A stretch of 63,559 bases of DNA, filler included, from Octopus bimaculoides (lineage: Eukaryota): the NCBI RefSeq assembly GCF_001194135.2. It is 4 parts of 4 records of this genome, joined end to end, with 100 filler letters (N's around TTAATTAATTAA, not from the genome) between each part and the next. Parts side by side here need not be neighbours in the genome. Positions count along the whole stretch, not along the records: positions 1 to 20,788 come from NC_069007.1; 3 more parts are not named here. One strand, written 5' to 3'. The notes under the pieces are model-generated. The model made no database searches. It saw only the letters and a list, made by a program, of their open reading frames with translations, and was not told the DNA's origin. This document shows, one piece after another, positions 1-11,340 of this stretch (within the stretch, counting starts at the first letter, position 1; every line of letters starts with the position of its first letter). A program made the position numbers and the translations under genes.

Positions 1-24
1 TCATCGTCATCATCATCATCATCG

Positions 25-86
<62 letters not shown>

Positions 87-158
87 GTCATCATCATCAT
101 CATCATCATCATCGTCGTCATCATCATCATCATCATCGTCATCATCATCATCATCATC
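1..158. repeat. (ATC)n microsatellite
   Basis: Seen directly. Confidence 0.98.
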
Positions 159-539
159 TAGTGAACTGTTGTGCGCCCATATAAGTTTCATAAGATGTCA
201 GTAACGTGGAAAATTGTCAGAATTTTGTGATTCATTTACAGAAAACGGCGAAAGCCATTGAATCCAGTGGTTGGGATGTTTAATCAGGCGATTTTATAGT
301 TCGTCGGTTCGATTCCTAGGCCGGGTAGTGCGTTACGTCCTTGAGCAAGACACTCCATTTCGCGTGGTTGCGTAACCTAAATGTTGGGGCTAACTTAGTG
401 TAATCTTGTGGTTAGGGCAAAACCCCTGTGAATTTTGTTCTTCTATTTGTTTCACTCATTTGACTGCGGCCATCCTGGAGCACCGCCTTTAGTCGAGCAA
501 ATCGACCCCAGGACTTATTCCTTGTAAGCCTATTACCGT

Positions 540-1092
<553 letters not shown>

Positions 1093-1306
1093 CGTAGGTG
1101 TCTATATTTGTATATGCAGGTACGTTTCCGTATTATACGGCATTGTATTGTATGTGTCACTTTCTATTTCTTTTTTTACAAATTTACCACAAAAATACAC
1201 ACATATAAACATACATACAACCATACACGCATACATAACTACATACATACATACATACACTGACTCATGCACCCTTCCTTTGTATGTGTGTGTATCATGT
1301 GTGTGT

Positions 1307-1343
<37 letters not shown>

Positions 1344-1438
1344 TGTAAGTCGTCTAAAAGTCCATAAGTCAGAGCAAAACATGCACTCATATATCTGTCA
1401 ATAGAGCGGGTATATTATCTGAAATGTAGAGTATTATA

Positions 1439-1646
1439 TATATATCCATCACAGCCGATCTTCCTAATCCGTTTCACGCTAGGGGTACAACGGAGTGTCA
1501 GGTAACAATCCGATTATATAACCCTATAACATTCCATATCGGCTACCTCTGATGAGCGTAGGGTTATATAATCGGATTGTTACCTAACACACCGTAGTAA
1601 CCCTAGCGCGAAACCGATTAGGCTTATCGGCCGTGATGGATATATA
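1439..1646 (+). mobile_element. Fold-back element (~88-bp imperfect inverted arms) carrying a hammerhead-like core; probable Penelope-like terminal remnant
   Basis: Arms 1439-1526 and 1559-1646 are reverse complements with about 10 mismatches. CTGATGA at 1549-1555 and GAAA at 1610-1613 enclose a GCG-TAGGGTTA/TAACCCTA-GCGC stem. Confidence 0.6.
1533..1640 (+). ncRNA. Putative type I hammerhead ribozyme (possibly inactivated)
   Basis: Core CUGAUGA and GAAA are present. Stem II is GCG...CGC, extended. Stem I is CCU/AGG plus CGGC/GCCG and CCAU/AUGG. Stem III AACCGAUU is one change from the palindrome AACCGGUU. Confidence 0.5.
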
Positions 1647-2068
1647 ATAGTTGTACACTTCGAATATTAGATATATATAAAATTCAAAAGTTCACTGTGT
1701 ATGTATCCCATGCACACATACATACACACACGCCTTTTATCTTTTACTTCATTCTGTCATTGTACCGCGCCCATGCTGGAGTACCGACTTGAATGGTTTG
1801 CTCCAGTGTTTCTTAACCACTTTTCATCAATGGACCACGGTCCATGGATTCCTGTTTCCACACACACAAGCCCATACATACACACATACATAGACATACA
1901 TACACACACAAGCACATACATACACACATACATAGACATACATACACACACTAAGACCCCCATACATATATATATACACACTTAGACTCACACTAAGACC
2001 GCTTCCACACACACATACATATACACACACATACACTCACGCACGCACACGCGCACACACGCGCACGC

Positions 2069-2163
<95 letters not shown>

Positions 2164-3029
2164 TTCCCCACCACTCACACGCACACACTAAGATCCACAC
2201 GCACATACTGACGAGCGCCCCGGATCGCACAGATGACGAGGAAACTGACGAGCGCCCTGCGTCGCACAAACTTCTCTGCGCCGCTGACCTAATTTCATTG
2301 TTCATTCACAAGGCCGCCTTTTACGGCAATGGAACAGCATTTACTCAACACTGGAACACAAATCCGTTCAAACCTGAATGGATTCGCGTTTATGCGTCGG
2401 TCGTCCAAACAAATGCTTCGTAGACGACCGGTTAAAAGGTGACTAGGATTTCAATGGAGAATTTGAGACGTACAGGTGAAGTGATACACGATATGGAAAC
2501 CTGACACAACAACGTGTAACCATTGCGGCTCCAGTTACACGTCATTGCTATGCGATAGACAAAAAGAGGCGTATGTCAGGCGTTTGCGCTTGAGTACGCC
2601 CTATCTATAGGTATGGCTTGCTGCAACAACAACAACAACTGTAATCTAGTTCAGGTTTATGCCTGTAATTATTGGGGCCCTGGGATATGTAACACACTGC
2701 CTAAATATCAATAGCATGTCTAGATATGGAACTATATGCATGAGAATACATACATAAAACATACAAATCTGCACATACATACATACATTGGGATCGATGT
2801 AATCGACTCATCCCCTCCCCCAAATTTTGAGGCCTTGTGCCTATGGTAGACGGGGTTATTTTATTTTAGACATTAAAGACAACAGCTATCAGCAATGCCC
2901 ACGTTGGGATCGAAAGCCAATAACAGCTTGTACCTTGAAGGCCAAATAGTCTAGAAGCAAACAAGAACAAGATGGCTGGCTTAGCAATAGGATAGGGGTT
3001 GTCTCGGAATTTTTCCTACATAGATATCC

Positions 3030-3350
3030 GGGAGTCCGTCGGTTACGACGACGAAGGTTCCAGCTGATCCGAACAACGGAACAGCCTGCATGTGAAATTA
3101 ATGAGCAACTGATTGAGCACTCCACAGACTTGCATACCCTTAACGTAGTTCTCAGGGAGATTCAGCGTGACACAGAGTGTGACAAGGCTGGCCCCCTTTG
3201 AATTACAGGTACAACTCATTTTTGCCAGCTGACTGGACAGGAGCAATGAGAAATAAAGTGTGATTGTCAAGGACACAATGCACCGCCGAAAATCGAACTG
3301 AAGATTTTGCGATCGTCAGCTGGTTAATCTAACCACTAAGCCATCCACCT
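3030..3350 (-). mobile_element. SINE family C
   Basis: Reverse complement of the 57618 consensus. Other copies lie at 260-420, 43245-43600, 48115-48285, 49800-49965 and 53480-53685. Confidence 0.75.
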
Positions 3351-3944
3351 TCACAGTTAAATATCTAAACACACACTAAATGTCTCTAGCCTCGCACTTC
3401 CAGCTGTTGGATTTCATTTAGTTAATTTTACTTAGTTTATCCGTCTTTGGACAGGATGCGTTTTTCGTCCTGCAGGCTGGTAAGGTTGCCGGTTTAGCCA
3501 CCAACGGCCCAGTCATGTGATAGGTACTATAAGGTTGCATATCACCGGTAGCACTAAGAGGGACCTGATATACATATACACATGATGACAGTTTCTTCTT
3601 GTCCGATGATCACGAGGAAGAGAGGCACGCCCTCACACGGCCGTGTAAACCGATCCTTGGCGCTGGAGTGCTTTTCTTATTTCCTGCACTTAATAGTTCT
3701 AAAGTGAGAATTAGCCGATGCAATCCGATCCCACTTTATAGACATGGAGGTTTAACCGTAGTGGCATAGGGCTAAACCGGCTGCGGTGACCAGGTTGGGG
3801 GTCACCAAACTACGGCAAAAAACACCGATAGAATAAGTACTAGGCTTACAAAGAATAAGTCTTCGGGATCGATTTGTTCGACTAAGGGTGGTGCCCCAGT
3901 ATGGCCGCAGTCAAATGAATGAAACAAATAAAAGAATGTATTTT

Positions 3945-4325
3945 TTATTCTTTGTTTCAGTCATTTAACTGTGGCCATAATGGAGCACCGCCTTGAAATC
4001 GACCCCAGGATTTATTTTTCAAGCCTTGTATTTATTCTATCAGTCTGGTTTGCTGAACCGGTAAGTTTACGGGGACGTAAACACACCAACACTGGTTGTC
4101 AAACTGTGAGGGGGGCACAAACACATACACAGAGAGACACACACACATACATATACACATACATATATACAACGGACTTCTTTCCTTTTCCGCCTACAAA
4201 ATCCACTCACGTGGTTGTGGTCAACCTGAAGCTATAGTAGAAGACGCTTACCCAAGGACCCACTCAGTGGGACTGAACCCAGAACCACGTCGTTTGGAAG
4301 CGAGCTTCTTACCACACAGCCAAAG
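3945..4325 (-). mobile_element. tRNA-derived SINE family A (near full length)
   Basis: Same consensus as the copies at 4653, 21738 and 22938: tRNA-like head GTGTGGTAAG...GGTTCAGTCCC, internal microsatellite, and 3' part ...GCTCCAGCATGGCCGCAGTCAAATGACTGAAAC with a (GTAAAAGA)n tail. Confidence 0.8.
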
Positions 4326-4622
4326 TATTTATTTACGTACGCATGTATAAGTGTTTTGTGTTAAACGATAGGTATGGTGGAGGTATGCGTTGACCTCTGA
4401 TAGTTACTGGTGCCAGACTTCCTGTCACAACTGTGTCACTTCTCGCTGGCTGTTGTTTCTTGCACGCATCACTGACTTCGTTTCTTGAATTACTGCCCTC
4501 TCCCACCCACTCCCCTCAAATCTACCCTTCCACCCTCCCAATTGATTTCAATACCCTGTCTCACCCCATCCACTGACGAGCACATTCAAAACACCTCCCT
4601 CAGCTCATCCACATTTTCGTAC

Positions 4623-4652
<30 letters not shown>

Positions 4653-4653
<1 letters not shown>

Positions 4654-4826
4654 CAGGCGCAGGAGTGGTTGTGTGGTAAGAAATAAAGTAGCTTGCTTAC
4701 CAACCACATGGTTCCGGGTTCAGTTCCACTGTGTGCCACCTTGGGCAAGTGTCTTCTACTATAGCCTCGAGCCGACCAAGGCATTGTGAGTGCATTTGGC
4801 AGAGGGAAACTGAAAGAAGCCCGTCG
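4653..4826 (+). mobile_element. SINE family A, 5' part
   Basis: aggcgcaggagtggttgtgtggtaag...gaaactgaaagaagcccgtcg followed by (TA)n. Confidence 0.8.
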
Positions 4827-4834
4827 TTTATATG

Positions 4835-4873
<39 letters not shown>

Positions 4874-6105
4874 NNNNNNNNNNNNNNNNNNNNNNNNNNN
4901 NNNNNNNNNNNNNNNNNNNNNNNNNNNNNNNNNNNNNNNNNNNNNNNNNNNNNNNNNNNNNNNNNNNNNNNNNNNNNNNNNNNNNNNNNNNNNNNNNNNN
5001 NNNNNNNNNNNNNNNNNNNNNNNNNNNNNNNNNNNNNNNNNNNNNNNNNNNNNNNNNNNNNNNNNNNNNNNNNNNNNNNNNNNNNNNNNNNNNNNNNNNN
5101 NNNNNNNNNNNNNNNNNNNNNNNNNNNNNNNNNNNNNNNNNNNNNNNNNNNNNNNNNNNNNNNNNNNNNNNNNNNNNNNNNNNNNNNNNNNNNNNNNNNN
5201 NNNNNNNNNNNNNNNNNNNNNNNNNNNNNNNNNNNNNNNNNNNNNNNNNNNNNNNNNNNNNNNNNNNNNNNNNNNNNNNNNNNNNNNNNNNNNNNNNNNN
5301 NNNNNNNNNNNNNNNNNNNNNNNNNNNNNNNNNNNNNNNNNNNNNNNNNNNNNNNNNNNNNNNNNNNNNNNNNNNNNNNNNNNNNNNNNNNNNNNNNNNN
5401 NNNNNNNNNNNNNNNNNNNNNNNNNNNNNNNNNNNNNNNNNNNNNNNNNNNNNNNNNNNNNNNNNNNNNNNNNNNNNNNNNNNNNNNNNNNNNNNNNNNN
5501 NNNNNNNNNNNNNNNNNNNNNNNNNNNNNNNNNNNNNNNNNNNNNNNNNNNNNNNNNNNNNNNNNNNNNNNNNNNNNNNNNNNNNNNNNNNNNNNNNNNN
5601 NNNNNNNNNNNNNNNNNNNNNNNNNNNNNNNNNNNNNNNNNNNNNNNNNNNNNNNNNNNNNNNNNNNNNNNNNNNNNNNNNNNNNNNNNNNNNNNNNNNN
5701 NNNNNNNNNNNNNNNNNNNNNNNNNNNNNNNNNNNNNNNNNNNNNNNNNNNNNNNNNNNNNNNNNNNNNNNNNNNNNNNNNNNNNNNNNNNNNNNNNNNN
5801 NNNNNNNNNNNNNNNNNNNNNNNNNNNNNNNNNNNNNNNNNNNNNNNNNNNNNNNNNNGGAAGAAAAAGAATGCGTTAGCATACGAAAACATAAACATAT
5901 TCATACACGGTGCTGCTCCGGCCTGGACGCAGCCGCATGGCTGAAACGAATAACAGAATACGCATACAAGAACACGTATACAGTGCGTACGGGTGTGTGC
6001 GTGTGTATACGTTAGTTATCTTTCTTTTTATCCACCCATCCCTTGTACAGTTATTACCTACGATACGTCAACACACACACACAGACACACACACACAAAC
6101 ATACA

Positions 6106-6158
<53 letters not shown>

Positions 6159-6330
6159 CAAATATAGGTATGTACACAAAATTTACACACATACATATGT
6201 ATATTCACAAATATATAAATACATACACACAAATAGATACGCACATATCAGTATAATATATATATAGCTATATATGTATACACATATACGTACGTCTGTC
6301 TATCTATCTATCTATCTATCTATCTATCCC

Positions 6331-6376
<46 letters not shown>

Positions 6377-6378
6377 CC

Positions 6379-6412
<34 letters not shown>

Positions 6413-6924
6413 AATAGGTCTGTCTGTCTCTCTCTCTCTGTATGTATGTTTCTACACACACACATATATTTACACACAGACACGCACACATAAACATATA
6501 TATGTAAATATATAATATATACATGTGTGCGTATAAACATACTTACGTAGACAGACCGATAGACAGACCGATAGATAGACATACAGATAAACAGATAAGT
6601 AGATGTATATATCTATGCACACATATACAAATACACATATACACAAAGATATTCGTATATGCAGAAACACTCAAGCGCGCACAAACACACATCCACTCAC
6701 TCAGTCGCACACACACACACACACACACACGCGCGCATTCATATGTATATACATCATACGTATATACATACTTGTAAGGAGTGTAAAGGAAAAAGCAGAT
6801 AGAGACAGAAAGAGGAACGGGTGCATCCACAAAAGAGATAACAAGCGTACCCTGGTTTAGTACTGATAAATTTAGCACAGCTTACGAGGCGCACCTTTCC
6901 GTTCCCGCCTTGAAATGTCTCAGA

Positions 6925-7597
6925 AACATAAGGTCAAGGTGTAGGTTACAAGCAGGTGGTGATCCAGAACGAGACTACCCGAACGAAGGTGTTTGTGTGC
7001 ATGTATCACACGGCATACAGGTTGCGGCAGAAAAACCTACCATATTTTACGCCGTCGTAGGAGTGGTGCTACTGAAGTTAGAGAGATAGTGATGATAGCT
7101 TCGTTTAGCTAATGTTCTATCGTTTTTAGTTTCTGTCATTTTGGTTGCGATATTTAACCAAGGTTTAGGTTAAAAGCAAGTTGTGATCCATAAGGAGAGT
7201 ACCAGAAAGGAAGTATTTACCATAGGCGAATCCTATATACAGGTTGCGGCAGAAAAACACTCCATATTTCAGGTGGTCGTAGATTTGGTGCTTGTGAAGT
7301 TGGAGAGATTATAGTCATAGCTTCTTGTACGTAAAGTACTACCGTTTTTTTTTTTGTATTTTTTTTTGTAATAGTAATAGTGGCTTTAGAAGGTACAAAC
7401 TTAACACTTAAGGTTTAAGTTATTAGCTGTTGAAAAACTGTATACAGGTTGCGGCAGAAAAACACCCGATATTTCATGCCATTGTAGGTGTGGTGATACT
7501 GAAGTTCAAGAGATGGTAATGATGGCTGTGTGTACCTATTGTTTTACCGTTCAGTAATTTTAGTCTTGATATTTAACTAGGCTTTAGGTTAGAAAAA
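6925..7597 (+). repeat. Diverged tandem array of ~205-222-bp units (about 3 copies)
   Basis: TACAGGTTGCGGCAGAAAAAC occurs exactly at 7016, 7238 and 7443. Recognisable similarity continues through each unit (ctgaagtt..gagat, caaggtttaggtt). Confidence 0.85.
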
Positions 7598-9498
7598 ATC
7601 CACTCACAAGGCTTCGGTCGGCCCGAGGCTATAGTAGAAGACAATTGCCCAAGGTGCCACGCAGTGGGACTGAACCCGGAATCATTGGCCAATATATATA
7701 AATATAAAACTAGTTATAAATAAGTGGCTGAATTTCAAAGAATCTCATTGTGTGTGTGTATAACATTAGAAAAATACGTGAACACACACACATACACACG
7801 CAGACACAGTCACACACATATACGCAGACACGGAAATGCATTCCAAGAGAACAGTCTGCGAGTGTACTGAACACTCGTGTTACTGCAAAAAAGAAAAAGA
7901 AAAAGAAAAAAAATGGCTGACGTAGCGAAACCTACAAAACAACAACAAAAGTACAGTCACGCGGTTCTACCCTAAGAAAACGAAAAGAAGGTCAGCCGCC
8001 ATTTCTTTTTTTTTTTTTTTTTTNNNNNNNNNNNNNNNNNNNNNNNNNNNNNNNNNNNNNNNNNNNNNNNNNNNNNNNNNNNNNNNNNNNNNNNNNNNNN
8101 NNNNNNNNNNNNNNNNNNNNNNNNNNNNNNNNNNNNNNNNNNNNNNNNNNNNNNNNNNNNNNNNNNNNNNNNNNNNNNNNNNNNNNNNNNNNNNNNNNNN
8201 NNNNNNNNNNNNNNNNNNNNNNNNNNNNNNNNNNNNNNNNNNNNNNNNNNNNNNNNNNNNNNNNNNNNNNNNNNNNNNNNNNNNNNNNNNNNNNNNNNNN
8301 NNNNNNNNNNNNNNNNNNNNNNNNNNNNNNNNNNNNNNNNNNNNNNNNNNNNNNNNNNNNNNNNNNNNNNNNNNNNNNNNNNNNNNNNNNNNNNNNNNNN
8401 NNNNNNNNNNNNNNNNNNNNNNNNNNNNNNNNNNNNNNNNNNNNNNNNNNNNNNNNNNNNNNNNNNNNNNNNNNNNNNNNNNNNNNNNNNNNNNNNNNNN
8501 NNNNNNNNNNNNNNNNNNNNNNNNNNNNNNNNNNNNNNNNNNNNNNNNNNNNNNNNNNNNNNNNNNNNNNNNNNNNNNNNNNNNNNNNNNNNNNNNNNNN
8601 NNNNNNNNNNNNNNNNNNNNNNNNNNNNNNNNNNNNNNNNNNNNNNNNNNNNNNNNNNNNNNNNNNNNNNNNNNNNNNNNNNNNNNNNNNNNNNNNNNNN
8701 NNNNNNNNNNNNNNNNNNNNNNNNNNNNNNNNNNNNNNNNNNNNNNNNNNNNNNNNNNNNNNNNNNNNNNNNNNNNNNNNNNNNNNNNNNNNNNNNNNNN
8801 NNNNNNNNNNNNNNNNNNNNNNNNNNNTATATATATATATATATACACACACACACAGATGCATGTGTGTGTGTGTGTGTGTGTGTGTATGACAATTCAA
8901 ATACATAGGGAGAATAAAGCATCTATACAGTTTTTAATAGTCATTTATACCGTATATACATCTGCTCATCGGTATCATGTAATCGCCCCATCTCCGAAAA
9001 GAATTCGAAATAGCCAGCCAGAATTATATACAAAAAGAGTTTAAAATCTATTTACTGATGTGCATTATAGCCGCACAAGTAGAACAAAATTCAAAGTTTA
9101 TGTTAGAAGCAGCTCAATAATGTAAACATTACCAATGTCACATATTTAGCGGATTTGTGTTTGTTAAACGTTACAAAGCTGCAGCATTTCGTCTAAGAGA
9201 TGTCGCTTTAAGACGTATAGTGTTAAAAAGAAACACGGTATACTTCAAAACTAAGCGAAACGAAACCGGCCCGAAAATGAACGAGAACGATATATAGTTA
9301 GGTTTCGCAGTTTTTTACTGCTCGTCGTTATCGTGCACTCGACTCACCTACGAAACGAATTCGAAATAGTCTGGCAGAAGAATACATATTTAGGCGCAGG
9401 CACGGGTGTGTGTTTACCAAGTTCATTTTGCAAAGTTCCAGGGCGCGGCACCTCGGGTTTGTGCCTTTTAGTATAACAACAGGCATGTAAATGAATTT

Positions 9499-9529
<31 letters not shown>

Positions 9530-9720
9530 GGGGAGAATTCACAAAAAGACAAAAGACGAAGACAAGTGGTGTAGAAAACAAACAGATGTATTAGTATAAC
9601 GCTCGGGAATTGAAAAGTCTTTAACGTTTCGAGCCTACGCTCTTCAATAGAAAGGAACACAGAAAGAAACAAGGAGAGAAAAAAAAAGGAGAGAAAAAAA
9701 TAAGGAGAGAAACGAGGAGA
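9530..9720 (-). mobile_element. Penelope-like terminal repeat with a variant minimal hammerhead motif (9619-9654)
   Basis: The minus strand reads CUUU-CUAUUGAA-GAGC(guag)GCUC-GAAAC-GUU-AAAG. Stems I and II and the palindromic AACGUU are present, but the core is mutated. Confidence 0.45.
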
Positions 9721-9835
9721 GAAAAATGTGTGTAGTGGCTAGCGATCTATAACGGCGAATATATATATATGTATGTGTCTGTGTGTGTAGATTAGATGGA
9801 CGGATGGATGGATGGATAGATAGATTGATAGACAA

Positions 9836-9909
<74 letters not shown>

Positions 9910-9951
9910 TGGATAGACAAATAGATAGATAGATAGATAGATAGATAGAAG

Positions 9952-10003
<52 letters not shown>
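9836..10003. repeat. (ATAG)n tetranucleotide microsatellite
   Basis: Seen directly; also at 6297-6412, 42046-42135 and 45004-45061. Confidence 0.95.
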
Positions 10004-10633
10004 TTTTGCTTATATGTATCTCTCTGTACTCTTGTGTATGTGAGTGTGTTCATGCACGTAAGTGTGTTTATGTGTGTATTTGAATGCGTAGAAAAAAAAT
10101 AGAAAAAAAAACTCCGACAAATTTGCAGAAATACAAATATATAAATACATACAAAACATCCTTAGCGTTTCTCACACTCCTTGCTCACACTCAAAGCTTC
10201 TCCTTCGCCTGACTCACCTCCGTGACGATGAAAAAGAAAACACACACACACACAAACGCAAAATACAAAACAAAACAAAATACAAATAATTAATGAGGGG
10301 TAAAGAAAGGGTACGATATAAAAGTATTAAATTTCAAAGTTTTTTTTCTTTATCGTTTCTTTTTCTTAAACGGGGTGTTTTTTCTACCCGGATTTATTTG
10401 TCCCCTAAAGCCCTAAACATTCTCGCCCGATTGGGTCGAAAATGGTTGAATTTGTATGATGACAAACCAATAGAAAAAGGGCTCTGTTTACAGGTGACTC
10501 TCCTATGTTATTTAGGGTGGGGAGCCATGAGGAGTGGCATGTACAGAGACTGACTGAACAAATACACAAATTCCTTATACATACATATACACATGTATGT
10601 TTGTATGTATGTACATACATACATATATATATA

Positions 10634-10685
<52 letters not shown>

Positions 10686-11150
10686 AACATGCAGGCGTGA
10701 CTGTTGCTTCCAAACAACATGCCTAGGTTCCGGGTTCAGGGCTCAGTCACACTACGTGACGCCTTGAGTACCCTGGGCTGACAAAATCTTTGGAAGGTAA
10801 TATGGTTGACACAAACTGAAAGAAGCACGATATATATACATACATACGTACATACATACATACATACATACATATATNNNNNNNNNNNNNNNNNNNNNNN
10901 NNNNNNNNNNNNNNNNNNNNNNNNNNNNNNNNNNNNNNNNNNNNNNNNNNNNNNNNNNNNNNNNNNNNNNNNNNNNNNNNNATTAGAACAATATAAAAGA
11001 AATAAGTGGAAATTTTACCGGTGGGTGTGTTAAATTTCAAGGCACAATAAGAAAATGACTCTACCCAGACACAACAAAATATGCTTCAACACACGAAATC
11101 ACATAAAAAATCTTGCAAAGTTTCACAGTATATAATATATAAATATATAA

Positions 11151-11340
11151 TTTAGAGAAAAGAACCAAAGTTCATGAACTCATCCATGAAAATCCACAAT
11201 CACATATAGAGAAAATTAATAAGTAAATATACTATAAAGAAGTATAAAATACAAAGTAAAAACCACAAAATAATAATTATGAAACGACTACACGTGTTTC
11301 ACAACCAAATTTTCAAATAGAAAATAAAATCAAATCGTTA
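11151..11340 (+). mobile_element. Interspersed repeat, probable PLE terminus; first ~75 bp shared with the reverse complement of 48747-48823
   Basis: tttagagaaaagaaccaaagttcatgaactcatccatgaaaatccac matches the PLE remnant at 48.8 kb. A GAAAC-ACGT-GTA half-core lies on the minus strand at 11289-11300. Confidence 0.5.

Noticed and set aside
2895-2960. tRNA-like B-box fragment on the minus strand
   Set aside because: No cloverleaf can be folded; at best a decayed SINE head. All other A/B-box matches belong to SINEs, so no tRNA gene is called.
3480-3815. 12-bp inverted repeat (GCCGGTTTAGCC/GGCTAAACCGGC) and a GGTGACC hairpin; possible MITE or SRP/7SK RNA
   Set aside because: The inversion is short and not terminal, and there is no match to SRP or 7SK hallmarks. 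It is more likely a decayed LINE UTR (similar in kind to 52730-52960).
4570-4600. CTGACGAG near 4575 as a hammerhead core
   Set aside because: No stem II and no GAAA follow.
7016-7463. CRISPR-like repeat-spacer appearance
   Set aside because: The context is eukaryotic, the spacers are ~200 bp and homologous to each other, and there are no cas genes. It is kept only as a tandem array.
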